From Blastocystis sp. Blastoise (Eukaryota > Protista > Bigyra: Opalinata): DNA of 64,000 bases. The notes beneath the pieces are model-generated. The model was not told the origin of the DNA and ran no database searches. It saw nothing but the letters and a program-made list of their open reading frames with translations. The stretch is from assembly GCA_039096225.1 (NCBI GenBank), contig JBBPEB010000033.1, forward strand, positions 248,001 to 312,000, written 5' to 3'. Positions 24,654-43,750 of this stretch are shown piece by piece; the stretch's first letter is position 1, and the number at the start of each line of letters is the position of its first letter. Made by a program: the position numbers and the translations under genes.

Positions 24654-26817
24654 TTAATAATAATTGACCATGAGTTGATCATCAGTGACAGCATAACCAA
24701 TCATATTAATAGTAGACATGACGGTATCTGTTTCATAATCAAATACATAGAAATTACCGAAATCTTGATTATTCCAACCAAAAGGTTTACCACGAATAAG
24801 ATCTCCATTAGCATTTGTGTAATAAGTATAACCAGGTTTAAATTGATTCTTGTAACCAGTATAAATACCTCCAAATTGAATAGCAGCTTGACCAAAGACA
24901 GATTTAGTAACAATACCGAAAGCACGTGACTTTTGATGGCCAGTAGTAATTTGATAGAAGTGACGGTTGTTAGTACCAAAAGATTCGACAAGAATGAAAT
25001 CTTGATAGTTAAGAGCAGCAATATCATAATGAACATAAGACCAAGGTTGGTGACGAGCAGTGATAATAGGATAAGAATTATCAAGAGGAACAATTTCAAA
25101 AGAAGAAGTTAATTCACAAGCAGTATAAGAAAGAGCTTGACTATTTGCAGAAGCAACATTATCATAGAAAACCTATAAATATTATATAGTAATTAATAAA
25201 AGTAATAATAAAAAATATAAATAAAATAATAAATAATAATAAATAATATAAATAAAATAATAAATAAATACACCAAATCTAGAACGAGATAACATTTTCA
25301 TAGAGACTCTTTCAAGATTAACAGCACCTGATACCTTACGAATGGTAGTTCTACTAATAAACTTTACAGTATTAGCCTTATTATCAAATTCAATAAGTTG
25401 AGAAACAAGAGAATTAGAACGATAATAATCATAATAAACCATAACAGCAAAACGATCATCGAAACTATATATATATGAGAATTATTAAATAATATAGAAT
25501 ATAATAAAATATAAAATAATATATATGATAAAAAAAAAATAAATAATAACACAATAAATAGAAAAACAAAGCATACTTATCAAGAGCAAAGAAATCAAGA
25601 GTATCAGTGAATCTTAAAACAACCCATTCGTTGACTTTAACAGAGGTTCCATCAAAGTTAACTAAGCAAGCACGAATATTACCATAGCCAGTAGGTTCAG
25701 TTCCATTATTAAGAGGACCAGAAGCAACAATAATATAATTATTACTATTCATACCAGCAATACCATGATAACCATAACGAGGAGAATACATGACATGAGG
25801 AGTACCTTGAAGATAAGCTCTATCTCCATCACCATAAACAGTAGCTACAAAGGTATATAAGTTACGATCACCTCCTTCATAAGTGAAACATAAATGGTTA
25901 GAATCCATGACATCTACGTGAGGGAAACGATAGAGACCATCAACATAATGAAAGGGTCTACCAAAAGAGAAATGGAAACTCATATGGCCAGCTTCTAAGG
26001 AATAATCAACCTTACAAGTAATAATTTCATTAGAACCAATAACAGCTACAGTAGTATTTGATAAAGTTACTATACCATCAACATAACGAATATGCTCAGC
26101 TTGAGTTAAAGGAAGATCATACTATATATATATTAATAGTATTATTAAACAATAATTGAAAGAAAATATATATAATTATTATAATAAATATATTAAATAA
26201 TAATAATAATAAATATATTAAATAATAATAATAATAAATATATTAAATAAAATAATTATAATTATAATTATAATAATAAAATTAAACATACTTCAGCTTC
26301 ATCATCAACATATCCCTCTCTATGAACAGGAATAGCTTTGATTTTACCATCATAAGCGGCAATAGCAATAAAATCATTAAGACCAGTAACAACTAAACCA
26401 TACATTTCATCATGAGGAGTAGAGAATGCTTCTCTATTAATAGTAATACCACCACCAAGAGAAACAGTACCATCAAAACCAATAGAAACAGCCTTTCCAG
26501 CAGGAATGTCTCTATCCCAATGATTTAAAGGGAATGAATAAGACCAAAGTTGTCTATTGATCCAAGTCTATAAAATAAAAATAATAAATAAATGGATGAA
26601 ATCACTAGATTTTTAATAATTGCCTATATTTATTATTTATTCAAAACCAAAAAAAAAAAATAAATAATAAATAATAATAATAACAATAATAAATATAGTA
26701 TACCTTGTTGGTATTAAGAGTACAAATGATACTCATAATGAGAGTACAGCAGACAACAATGAAAGTGACAGCATCACAAGCATTGTAAACACATTTATAA
26801 GCTTTACCTGCGGCCAT
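24654..26817 (-). CDS. Hypothetical type II membrane/surface protein, beta-rich, 5 exons
   Basis: Clean GT-AG reconstruction: MAAGKAYK..., TM segment, ...IPAGKAVSIGFDGTV... to ...FKPGYTYYTNANGDL...IGYAVTDDQLMVNYY*. Strongly biased codon usage. Confidence 0.8.
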
Positions 26818-28157
26818 AGTTATTTAAATGAAGTCAAATAAATAAGAAATAAATATGAATAGATCATGAAGAAATGGAGATAAAAAAGTAGTAATGTATA
26901 GTGATTTAGATCATTATAATTATCATAACTTTATCGAAAGAGAGAAGAATATTATCGTTCATCTCATTTGTAAATCACCTGGTTATTCTCAGAAAAAACA
27001 CAACTCGATTGGCTTACAACACAAAATAAGCCAATTAAGAATGGCTGTTAATGAAAATCATTGGCTAATAATGTCTTTTCCGAAAAGAAATAACCGTGAT
27101 TCTACTTACTTTAGTCTCTATAAAAATGATTTGTTCAAAATAAAAAAGAGTATTGAAGGAAAAAAAGTTTTTTATTGTTCATTGTGTATTAAGCACAAAA
27201 CACAAGTTAAACAATAAACCCCTTCTATCAGTTGCTTTCAAAGTGAGTTCCATTATGTCTACAAGCAATGAATTCATCATTTCCACTTGTGTTTTGTCAA
27301 GTATACAATAGTTTTATGATTTTTCATATATATTTGATGCTTGTATGATCAACATGATATTAATGGAGTGTTCAATAAAAAAAGATTATCAGTTGACAAT
27401 AATATATAGTTATATATTGGAATACTTTTTCATTTCTCTTCGTATACATTATTTAAACCTATATTATAAACTGTCATATAGATAAAATGATCTATTCATA
27501 ATAAATTCAGTTTAATTAGTAGCTTAAAACGAATAATAAGACATCAAATGGACAGCAGTAGTGTTTTCTTCTTTCATTATTGTTTTAATGGTTTACTACT
27601 CATAGGAAATACTTTGAGATATCCAGATGTTCTTTTTTCTTTTCTTTTTTTCAAGAATAGTAACTAAATTATGTAGAATTCTGTCATGTCTAATAATATA
27701 ATATTTTTTTATATTTAAATGCTATAATATATGATATTCATCATTGAATTAAGGAGATCAAAGAATAAAAATAGTTCAAATTCATGTCGTTATTCAATAA
27801 TTAATGCAGAATGTAATGTCATCACAATAAAAAAAACATGATTATTCCTAAGGAGAACTATGAAAGAAACAAGTATAAATTGTGGTCAATAAAAATGGAG
27901 GAATAGATTTGATTGGTTAAAAACTATTTATGTTTTGAAAAAAGACAAAAAAGAAATAGAAGAATAAGGTTAATTGATAGACGAACCAATAATATGACGT
28001 ATAAAAAACAAAAGGAGAATAGCCAATAAGAAGGAGATACTCTACTGATGTTCCAATAAGATCGTGTAAACTTGAGAAACCGAGGCATTTCTCCTTTTTG
28101 AGATGTGAAGGTGTTTGTTTTTGCATTGTTCTTTTTCTTTGATACGATTAGGTAACA

Positions 28158-29578
28158 ATGGCTGCTGTCGTTCCTCCTTTCAATCCTGGTATATAGATGC
28201 ATATTGATTCATTATATCTATCTTATATCATTTCTTTATAGAAGGATGTCGTTTTGATTTAACCACTTATAGTGGTCGTGTTAAGTACAACTTTGGTAAG
28301 GCTTCTATGAAACATTTATTCACAAGCCAAGCTCAAATTGATGAAGCTAAAGCTAAAGTCGAAGCTTTCAAGAATGGTACTTCTACTTTATCTGATGAAG
28401 AATTATGGAAGGCTAAGGAATGTATGTTTTTTATCTTTATTGTTTATTATTATTATTATCTTTATTGTTTATTATTATTATTATCTTTATTGTTTATTAT
28501 TATTATTATCTATATATTACTTGATGCCAATGTTCATCCTCAAACTGGTGCAACTCTTAATGTTTTAGGTAGAATGGGTGCTTTCGTTCCTTGTAATATT
28601 CCTATTCAAGCTGGTATGCTTTTAGCTGCTCCTACTGTCTTTAATATTGTATTATGGCAATGGATCAATCAGACATATAATGCTATTTTCAATTATTCTA
28701 ACCGTAATGCTTCTATTCCTCAATCTATGGCTGATATCGGTAAGGCTTATGGTTCTGCTGTTGTTGTCTCTGTTGGTGTTGCTTTAGCTGGTAACATGGC
28801 CCTTCAAAAGATGAAGAGTCCTAATCCTATTCTTAGAATGTCTCTTCCTTTCCTTGCTGTCGCCACAGCTGGTGTCTCCAATGTTCTTCTTATGAGACTT
28901 GCTGAAATGAGTAAGATAAATATTTATTTATTTTTTTATTTTTTTTTATTTATTTATTTATTTATTTTTTTTTTTTTTTTGATAAAAATAGGCATAATAA
29001 TATTAAATATATATAGTAAGGGTATTAATGTATTTGATGAAGATGGTAATGATTTAGGTGTTTCTATTAAGGCTGGTAAGAAGGCTGTCATTAATACTGC
29101 TATTACTAGAATTTGTATTCCTATTCCCGGTATATATATATATATAATTAATTCATTAATTATCATTTTTAAATATTAATATATCTATTATACATTTTTA
29201 TAGTTCTTCTTATCCCTCCGTTTATTAATGCTGGTTTAGATAAGATGGGATGGATGCCTAAGGGTAAGACTGGTAAGATGCTTACTGAATTAACTATGTA
29301 GTTTTATATTTATATGTAATATGAATAATATATATTAATTATATATATATCTATATAACTATCTGTACTCTTTGCTTAATCTTTGCTCTTCCTTGTGCTA
29401 TTGGTGTTTTCCCTCAAGTAAATATATATAATATATATTTTCTAATATTATCTATACATTATTTTTCAAATTATAGACTTGCAGAATTTCTCCTTCTAAG
29501 TTAGAACCTCAATTCCAAAATTTAACTAATAAGGATGGTAAACGTATTGATGTTATCGTTTATGATAAGGGTGTTTAA
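28158..29578 (+). CDS. SFXN: Sideroflexin (mitochondrial/MRO tricarboxylate-iron carrier family), multi-exon
   Basis: RFDLTTYSGR, LWKAKE.LDANVHPQTG, GRMGAFVPCNIP, WQWINQTYNAIFNYSNRNAS, ALPCAIGVFPQ, LEPQFQ, YDKGV*. Confidence 0.95.
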
Positions 29579-30182
29579 ATCATTTAGAGATTGTCTCTAT
29601 TTATATACATAAAATATTCTCTTTATGAAAATTATTCGTTTTCTGTGTTAATCAAGTAACCTTAATTCGGCTATTTTGCTATTATATATTGATTTGTTTT
29701 GTTTTAGTCTCAGAAGAACTGTTTATTTTATATAAAAACTCCAAGAATCAATATTTCAGGTTTATAAACCTGATGAATTTTTTTTTTTTTTTTTTTTTTG
29801 ATTATTGACTTGACTATTCAATTTAGGTATGTGTTTATTTTAAATATATGATCTTGAACAATTGTTTTCAATAAAAAAGAGTTACATCAGGATATAAAAA
29901 ATCCAAAATGCGAGAAACAATTGAAATAATAAAAAAGAAAAACATAAAGACAACATTTAAAACAAGAGAATTGAGTTATTGTTTTGTTTGAGATGTTTTT
30001 CCCATAAATAAAAGAAGATTTGGAGAAAATAAAAGAAAAGTGATAGTGTTTGTCATGGATAATTTCTTGATAATTATAGAATATGTTGTGTTTTCTTAAA
30101 TAACTGAACTACTTTTGTGTCTTTTTTTTATTGTTTTTTTCTTTTCTTATTTGTTTTATTTTTATTATAAGAGAATATTGCA

Positions 30183-31489
30183 ATGGCTAACTTTTGTGGT
30201 ATATGAATTTTGATTCAAATAATTTATATCGATCCTTTTAGGTTCTTTTTATAACGCTTTGAAGACTCTTGCACCTTCATCTAGTGCTGCTGCTTATGTA
30301 TTAGCTGGTAACGTTGGTAGAATCAGTGTTGTTGGTACTTTCCTTGTTGATATTGTCAACATTATTATGCGTGTATTCGTCAACAATAGTGAATCTAGTT
30401 CTAAATGTTCTTTCGAAAGTTTCATGAACCTTGATACTACTTGCATGACTGAATTCTATAATTCTGTCTTCAATAACCTTCCTTATCATGAATGGTTAAT
30501 CATTTTCAATATTATGTTCCGTCTTCTTACTTGTATTGTCTTCTTTGTATGTTTTTAATATTAAAAAATTATTATAAGAAAAATAATTTTTTTTTTTGCT
30601 TATTTTTCTATTATATAATTTGTTTATTACTATATAAATTTTAGATTATGGAAGATGTTTTCAACAAATATGAAACTGCTAAAGTTAACGTATGCATTAT
30701 TATTTTTATTATTATTTAATATTATTATAGAGAGAATTCCTTACTCTTGGTACTGCCTTAGGAGCTGTTGAAAGAGCCTTTACTATGGGTGTTAGTTCTG
30801 TATATATATATTTATGTTATTATTATTTATAGTATTATTATTTATATTATTTATATATATTTATATATCATATTATTATATATATCATCTTCTTACTATA
30901 CACTCAATATAGTCTGCTGTTTGGTCCGTTCATTTAGATAAGGTTAAGGGTGATATATATCCTGTTGTTAGGTATGTCTTTCTATTCTATTTTTTTTTTT
31001 TTTTTTTTTTTTTAATAATTAAAATAATAATAATTATTATATATATAGTATTGATTTTGCTAAGAACCTTGCTAATGCTTCTTCTTCTTGGATTTTCATT
31101 TTCAGATATTTAATTATGTCTTTTGGTATTTTCTCTTATTCCATTTTTGATAGAAAGGATAATTATGTTGGTAAACATTTCAGTCTTATCGGTTATATTT
31201 TAACTTTGCTTGGTATTCTTCAATTTATCTCTGGTATCTTAAAGCTCTGTTCTTTCGGTGTTTTCAGCATGATTACTGGTATGTATTTTATTATTATTAT
31301 ATTATTATTACTATTATTAATTTTTACAAATTAATTCCTTATACTATATAATTTATAGGTATCTTAGAACTTATCTTTAATATTTTATTCCTTGTTTGGG
31401 TCTTTATTTTCTCTACTGTTTGTCGTAATAAAACCGATCACCTTACTGAATCTTTAACTCAAGATGCTTCTGTTGATATTACTAACTAA
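30183..31489 (+). CDS. Hypothetical multi-pass membrane protein, multi-exon
   Basis: Consistent GT-AG exon chain from MANFC to ...DASVDITN* with several hydrophobic segments. Confidence 0.7.
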
Positions 31490-32005
31490 AAATAATATCT
31501 ACTTTCATTTTATCATTCTTTTTTTATGAACAAATATAAATCATTTGCCAATTATATAATTTTCATTTTATTGTTGTGTTACATATTATTATTTTCATAA
31601 TTATATCATTTTTAAATATATATATATATAAATTCACACCTTTTATTGTTTTTATTTAACATTTAATACAAAAAACAGTATTCTCTTTTTTACTTGAAAT
31701 AATTTGTTAAATAAAATAGAAAAATCAAATCTTCATTAAGGTACCCATAAACACTTTTGAAAAAATCTTGGTTTTTTTAATTTCTACAGTAAAAATATGA
31801 ATATATTTATAAGGGTACATAAATTTTTTGAGATGATTTTTTTGGGCATCTTGGCGGTTCTTTCAACGGGTTTTTCGATATTTTATAAATACACTTTACT
31901 TACGAATAACGTATGTGTGCTTTGTCATATATAAATTTTTTGATCTCCTATCCATTCTACAATTATATATCTATTTTATTAATATATTTTAATAGAAAAC
32001 AAACC

Positions 32006-32833
32006 ATGTCCGATGATAAAATGGATACTAAAGAACAAGATAGATATTTACCTATCGCCAATATCTCTAGAATAATGAAGAAGTCTCTTCCACCAAATGC
32101 TAAGATCTCTAAAGAAGCTAAGGAATGTGTTCAAGAATGTGTATCTGAATTTATTGCCTTTGTTACCAGTGAAGCTAGTGATAAATGTAAACAAGAAAAA
32201 CGTAAAACAATCAATGGTGACGATTTATTATGGGCTATGGGAACTCTTGGCTTTGATAGATATTTAGAACCACTCAAAACTTATCTTAACAAATACAGAG
32301 AAGTATATCTTAATTTTTTTTAAATTTTTTTCACTTTTTTTTTCACTTTATTTATTATTAATCCTATATTATATATAGTGTGCTAAATCAGATAATGAAG
32401 TAAGTTATATATATAATTTTATTTTATTATTTATTTTTATTATCATGTTTATATTATATTATATATATTATATTATATATATTATTATATTATATAGATT
32501 TATTATTATATTTCTATTATACTTCAATAATTCTATATATATAAAGGCTTCAGGTGATGAAGGTCTTGATGATAAGAAATCAGAAGATAATTCACTTCCT
32601 TTGAATTTCACTCAACATCAACCTATACCTTCTCTTCAAATGAATAATAATATAAATGGATCTTTACCTGGTCTCAGTGACCCTTCACAAACTATAAATA
32701 ATGTATATATTTATATATAAATATATTTATAATATTTTTTTTAACAAATTTTTAGAACTATTTTTATACTTATATTATTCTATAGTCTCCTTATAATTTT
32801 TCTGGAATTCCTAATCCTTTAAATAGACAATAA
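32006..32833 (+). CDS. NFYB: Nuclear transcription factor Y subunit B (HAP3)
   Basis: [75 protein letters not shown] probable 5'UTR intron at 31911-31995 explains the spurious upstream ATG. Confidence 0.97.
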
Positions 32834-33147
32834 AATAATATTATCATTTATATCTTATTTATTATCATCTTTATATCAATTTGTCTTTATAACTATATTT
32901 TCAACTTTTCTAATTATTTCATTGTTTTACATTTTTTTCATTTTATCAACTAGATTATTTTTATTTAATAAATCCAATATATTATTCAATGAAAAACATT
33001 TTAATAAAAAAAAATAAATAGCAAAACAATTATAATAAAGCTACTTGAAAAATAATGATACTTTATAAGGCTACTCCTGAATAATAATTAAAACAGACAT
33101 AATAGATAACACTTCCATAAAATGATTTGTTTAAAAAAATGAATAAC

Positions 33148-33261
33148 TTAATCAGTTACATCCTTAGGTTGTGATACCATATAATAATATCCAATAATAA
33201 AGGAGAATACACCAATTCCTACCCAATTAACAGCCTTCATTAACAGTTGATCGACTTCCAT
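33148..33261 (-). CDS. OST4: Oligosaccharyltransferase subunit OST4 (37 aa), absent from ORF track
   Basis: MEVDQLLMKAVNWVGIGVFSFIIGYYYMVSQPKDVTD*. Size and the D..L....N..G.........Y.Y pattern match OST4. Confidence 0.8.
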   Translation of the reverse strand: MEVDQLLMKAVNWVGIGVFSFIIGYYYMVSQPKDVTD

Positions 33262-33640
33262 TCCTAAATATATGTACCTATATGATTAATTATATAGCAA
33301 GCAAATCATTTCAATCATACTTTAGTATTTATATAAATAAACAACTCTTAAATAATTGAAAAATCAATTAAAAACAAAATTTCTTGAAAAAAAAACAGAA
33401 GTCATGCCTTATCTCGGTCTTCCGCGAATATAATGATTTTTTGTCGTTGTCAGAACACACAGAATAATCATGGTTATAATACGTAATATCAGAGAAAAAT
33501 GATTCTTTCATTTTTGTTCATGAGAATAAACAAAAAAAAAACAATTTTCTTTTCTCTTGTCTATTGTTACCTTTTTGAAATAATCAAGTATAGTTTTTGT
33601 TTGCTTTTCTAGTTCATATACATATCTAGGAGTTACGACA

Positions 33641-36350
33641 ATGGAAATTGTTGATAGTCAAGTTCAAGTCCCAGAAGTTACTCTTCCTAAGCCTAAACTT
33701 CATTTTGAAATTTTTTATAATATTAAACTGTTACAACAACAAAATGGATTAAAACAGTCTGATTTCAGTAGATATCGTCAATTTTGTGCTCGTAAGATTC
33801 GTCGTGTGCGAAAACGAATTGATTTTACTTATGGTAAAAAAGTATACACTCCTAGACTTTTTACAGTTGAAAATGTCAAAGATTCTGGATCTCTTTTCGT
33901 TCCTTTATTAGAAACCGAACGTGCTTGGGCTTATGCTATGGAAATAAAACAAGTATATTATTGTGTTTTTATATATTTATATATATTCATTTATTTTTTT
34001 TTTTTTTTTATTATACTATAATTTATATATATATATATATATATTTATAAATAGGATTTAGCAAATCAAGATACTTCTCGTTCTCATTTCCATTTATTAA
34101 GTCGTTTGAAGAAGACTTGTCATAATGCTGAATTATTATTATCCATTTGTAATGAGATGTGTGATGATGATACAATGTTAGAAGCTGAAGCTTATTCTAA
34201 TTATATTCATGGTGTTTATTATGTAGAAATAGATAAATATGTATATATATATTTATTTATTTATATATATATATTTTTTTTTATTTATATATATTCATTT
34301 TTTGTATTTTATACTATTATATATATATAGAGTGAAGCTTTAGATTGTTTCTTAAAATGTCAGAATATTTTAAGTCATTTACATGAAATATGTATTTCGA
34401 TCTTATTAAAAGTATATTCTGATAAATTAAAAGAATTAGAACCTTATATTCGTTATTGTAAATATAATATGAAAAGTAATAATGATGAAGAAGAATTATT
34501 AAATATTAATTCTAAAGCAGGTATTTATTGATTATTATTATGTTTATTATTTGGGTTATTTTTTTTTTATTTTTTTATTTATTTATTTTTATTGTTCTGT
34601 TTATTATTATTGTTATTTATGTTTATTATTATTTATTTTATTTATAATAATATATATTTATATAGATCATTTCGATAGTGTATTACAATCTAAGATACAA
34701 GATATTCTTATGAAGAAACATAATCAGAATAAAGGAGATTTATCTATTATTCAATGGAGATCTATTAAGATTCCCGTGGAAAATGACCAAGTATTATAGT
34801 TATAATTATACTTTTGTTGATTTCTATTTATATAGATTCGTATATGCTTATTAAAAGCACGTGATCTTGAAACTGAACTTTGTGAAGTATTTATTTATTA
34901 TTATTGTCTATTATGTTTATTATTATTGTTTATTATTTATTATTATTATTGTTTATTATTTATTATGTTTATTATTATTGTTTATTATTTATTATGTTTA
35001 TTATTATTATACTTATTATTATTGTTATTATTATTATTATTTATTATTTATTATTTTTTATGCTTATTGTTTATTCTATTTATTATATTATTATCATTTA
35101 CTCTAGATGGATAAGGAGGATAAGGAGAAGGTGTTGGATGCCTATAGTGATATATTCTCAACTTATGATGAAGCCCATCGCATTATCTCCCAAGATATCG
35201 ATAAAGTATATATATATATATTATTATTATTATTATTATTTAATATATTATTACACTTATTATATATAGTTAAGTAAATCTGTTGGTTCTTCTACCATCA
35301 GTAATCGTAATATTCAAATATTTAACTATATATTTGCATATATAAAATACTTGAAATTATGTAGAGTTTTAGAACGTAATATATTCTTATTCTCTATATA
35401 TTACTCTACATATACAAATGATCAACTAGCATTTAATAAGAAGAAAATCACAATCCCCGATATTCTTACTATGTATATATATATATATATTAAATCTGAA
35501 TTCTTTATATATAATTATATTAAATATATCTATTCTCTTTCATTCACTTATTATTATATATATAGTATTGCAAGTATTCTTCACAATATAGAAGATACCC
35601 AGCAAGTACTTTCTCAAAAGACCCCTGAAGAGATTGATATCGATGAAGACACTACCCAACAAGGAAAACAATCTGAAGAATATATTATGCAACAACATCT
35701 TTTAGCATTTAATTATATATTTAGAACTTGGAGAGCTTATTTCGCTGCTACTATGTATATATATATAATGTTAATACAGTTTAGATTTCATTCTATATTC
35801 TAGTCAATTTTATACTATGAATATAATAATATATACTCTATATATACTATGTTTATGTCTGTGAATTCCTATAAGGAAGCTTCTGCTCTAGTTCACATGT
35901 GTGATTCGTTTAACGACTCGATAGTCTCTCTTCTTCACGATAATGGAATCCCTTTCATTTTCAAAGATCAACATCTGTATATATATATATAATAGTTATT
36001 CAATTTAATAATTTATTTTTTCAAGATATGTCATTATATATATATATATATAGTCGTTGTATAGATGCTAATACTTATCCTCTTCTGATGAATATACTTA
36101 CTCCCTTTAAATATCAAGTTCTTTCGAATTCTGTTATTAATAAATTACCTATTTCTGAAGTGGATACTACTATTAAATATAGTATATATATATAATTATA
36201 TATATATATATATATATATATACTCTATTTTATTTTATATATTCTTGAATAATCATTATTATTATTATTATATATATAGATAGTGAAACGAATATTATGG
36301 ATAAATTAGATGAAGTGATGGATATTAATGGAGATGTCAAATTATTTGAA

Positions 36351-36386
<36 letters not shown>

Positions 36387-36672
36387 CATTCTAATAAATC
36401 TATATATAATTTAGATACCTCCAAAGATGACTGCACTTACTTGTAAGCCATTATTTTTTGATATTTTAGCAGAAGAAATGAATTATGATTCTATTCACTT
36501 TGAGAAATATCTTCAAAAGAATCAACAAAAGAAAACAGTAGCAGAGAATAAACCAATTTCAATGAATTCTCAAAAGAAATCTATTGTTACTCCTTCTACT
36601 ACTCAAGAAACAGCTTCTAATGAAAATGCTACTGAACAAACTAAAGGTGGATGGTTCTCCAGCTGGTGGTAA
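33641..36672 (+). CDS. SRP68: Signal recognition particle subunit SRP68, multi-exon
   Basis: QQQNGLKQSDFSRYRQFCARKIRRVRK, ETERAWAYAMEIKQ, LEPYIRYCKY, CKPLFFDI, KGGWFSSWW*. Confidence 0.93.
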
Positions 36673-37140
36673 ACAAACAATCATGATTTAAAGAGATATA
36701 TCTTCTTCTTTTTTCGTAACATTCTGCTTATAATTATATTTTTTTAAATATCTAAATATTTCTTTGTTCTCTATGGAATACTTTTTTTCCAATAATTTTA
36801 TTTATATACATATATACTCTTTTTAATTTACTATTGGGCATTATTAATGTGATTCATACATTTTTGTGTTGTTTTTTTTTTATTTTTATTTTTTATCATA
36901 TTTTTATTATGTTCATCATATGTATCCTGCAACTTTTTTTCATCTTCTATTCCATTTAATTGTGAAATAAATGAAAAAGAACTCATACTTTTTAAATAGA
37001 AACATTATTACATTTTTAACGCCAGTTCAACCGATTAATCATGATTTTTTCATTTTTTTATCAACCACATTTCAACATCATTTCAATGTTTTTCAATATA
37101 ATAATTTGATAATTTTTTAAAGTCTCATATATTGTTGAAA

Positions 37141-39136
<1,996 letters not shown>

Positions 39137-39528
39137 ATAGCATCTTTTTATTACATAAATCCATATTCAAAAGATCATTATGAAAGATTTCTTATTTCTG
39201 TATACCTATTCGTAAGAATATATACTTATTAGTATGTTTCGTTAAATATATACTTGCTTTTATGATTAAAACACATTTTAAAACTTGTTTTCCTTTTTTA
39301 TATATTGAAAATATTTGATTTTACAAAGAAATAGTTGTCATTTAGATAATAATGGACTTTCTACATTTATATAAATATGAATTATATGGATATACTTGAA
39401 TTATATAAAGATGCGAACAAAAAATCACATTCTAGTTTTTTTTAAATGCCAAAAACCAAGAGAATTTCTAGAAGCAAAGAGAATTTTTCACTTTTTGTCA
39501 TTTTTTTTCTATTTCTTGATATTTATAA

Positions 39529-40570
39529 ATGACTGATTCTCTTCCTATTAAAAACTATAGAACTTCTTTTTATCAAACAGCTAACACTGCTGTTTATGCA
39601 TATTTAGGTATTCAAGTCATTTTCATCACTTTTGATCTGTTTAGGTACTCGTGGTTTAACTGAAAGTGATGCAGTTGTCGATATTCAATCAGATAAATTG
39701 CATGTTATCATCAATACTCCTAATTGTCAACCTTTTGAAGAAACTGTCGAATTATTTAGTTCCGTTGTACCTTCTGAGTCTAGTTATCAGTATTTATATG
39801 TTTAGTTAGATATATTTTCTATATATATGCTATTTTTATGTTGAGTTATAATTATATTCTACCTTGTTTCTATCATTTTACACGATTCAGTTATTTTTTA
39901 TTTGTATTTATAATTAAACTCATTTATAGCTTTACTCCTTCAAAGCTTGAAATTACTCTGAAAAAGGCAGATGATGTCTCTTGGTCAGCAATCAATAAAA
40001 CAAGTACATATTATATGTTTTTCTTATTTTATGTTCTATATATTCTTCCTTTTCATATCTTATTTATTTTTCTATAGATGAAGGTCATTTTATAGTTACT
40101 TCTGCTCCAGTAGAAGCAGCCAAACCTGTGAATCCTTATTCATCTAAAAAAGATTGGACAAAATTTGAAGTTCCTGAAGAAAAAGAAGAAAAAACTGATG
40201 TAAAGAAAATGACAGTATATATTGTTGTTATTATATTTATTATTATATTTATTATATTTATTATATTTATTATATTTATTATATTTATTATTATATTTAT
40301 TATTATTATTATATTTATTATATTTATTATTATTATTATTCTATATCTTTTATTATATTTATTATATTTATCATTTAATATATATATCATTATTTATAAT
40401 AATAGGGAAATGAAAGTTTAGAGTATTTCTTCCAGAAGATGTATAATGATGCTGATGAAGATACAAAGAAAGCTATGATTAAGAGTCTTCAAACAAGTGG
40501 AGGCAAAGTTCTTTCTACAAACTGGAAAGAAATGAAAGATAAAAATTATGAAAAAGATCCTATTCAATAA
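39529..40570 (+). CDS. SGT1: SGT1 co-chaperone (CS plus SGS domains, no TPR)
   Basis: YRTSFYQT, TPSKLEITLKKA...W, NPYSSKKDW, FFQKMYNDADEDTKKAMIKSLQTSGGKVLSTNW. Confidence 0.93.
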
Positions 40571-40944
40571 GTTTCTTTGTGAAAAATCAGTTGAAAACTA
40601 TTTATTTAATTCTAGTCTCGTATATTCTTTTAAATTTGCATGTATAATAGTTGTTTTTAACAACAGTGTTTCTAATCATTTTTGTTTTTGTTTTTTGTAA
40701 TTATCTATTTTCCCATCACATTTCTTTGATATATTCTTTCGTAGATATAAACGTGACTATTTAATTTATATATATATATTTGAAAAGATATGTTTATTTA
40801 AATACAAAATAATTTTTAATAAAATTTCATGGAAAAATGTGGTTTTATACTAACATACTAAAGAAAAACAGTAAGAATCAATTTTTATCAAAAAGGATTG
40901 TCTTCGTCAATTGTTTTTATTGTTCCGAGAAATATAATATTAAA

Positions 40945-43408
<2,464 letters not shown>

Positions 43409-43750
43409 TTCTCCATGTTACTATGTGTTTCTTTTTTATTATTTGGATTTATTTTTAATTTTTCTAAATAAAGCATGTTCTACTATTCATTTTTTCTTCA
43501 TTCTTGTATTTAATAAAAAAGAATTGTCATCACCCAACTATTTTTATATTGTTATATTTTATTATTCATACTCTTCATATATATATATATGAAATTGGAG
43601 ACATAACTCATATTTTTTCATTATTTTTCAATTCATTCATCGATTAGAAAAAGTAACTTACACTTTTATACAAAGTATTTTCCATTTCTATTATATATTT
43701 ATTTTTTTCAATATTTTCTGTTTTTCAAAGTAAAGTATATTGAAACTATC

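Noticed and set aside
26894-27217. 107-aa ORF
   Set aside because: No recognisable motif or codon bias. It overlaps the CCAAT-containing upstream region of the 26817 gene.
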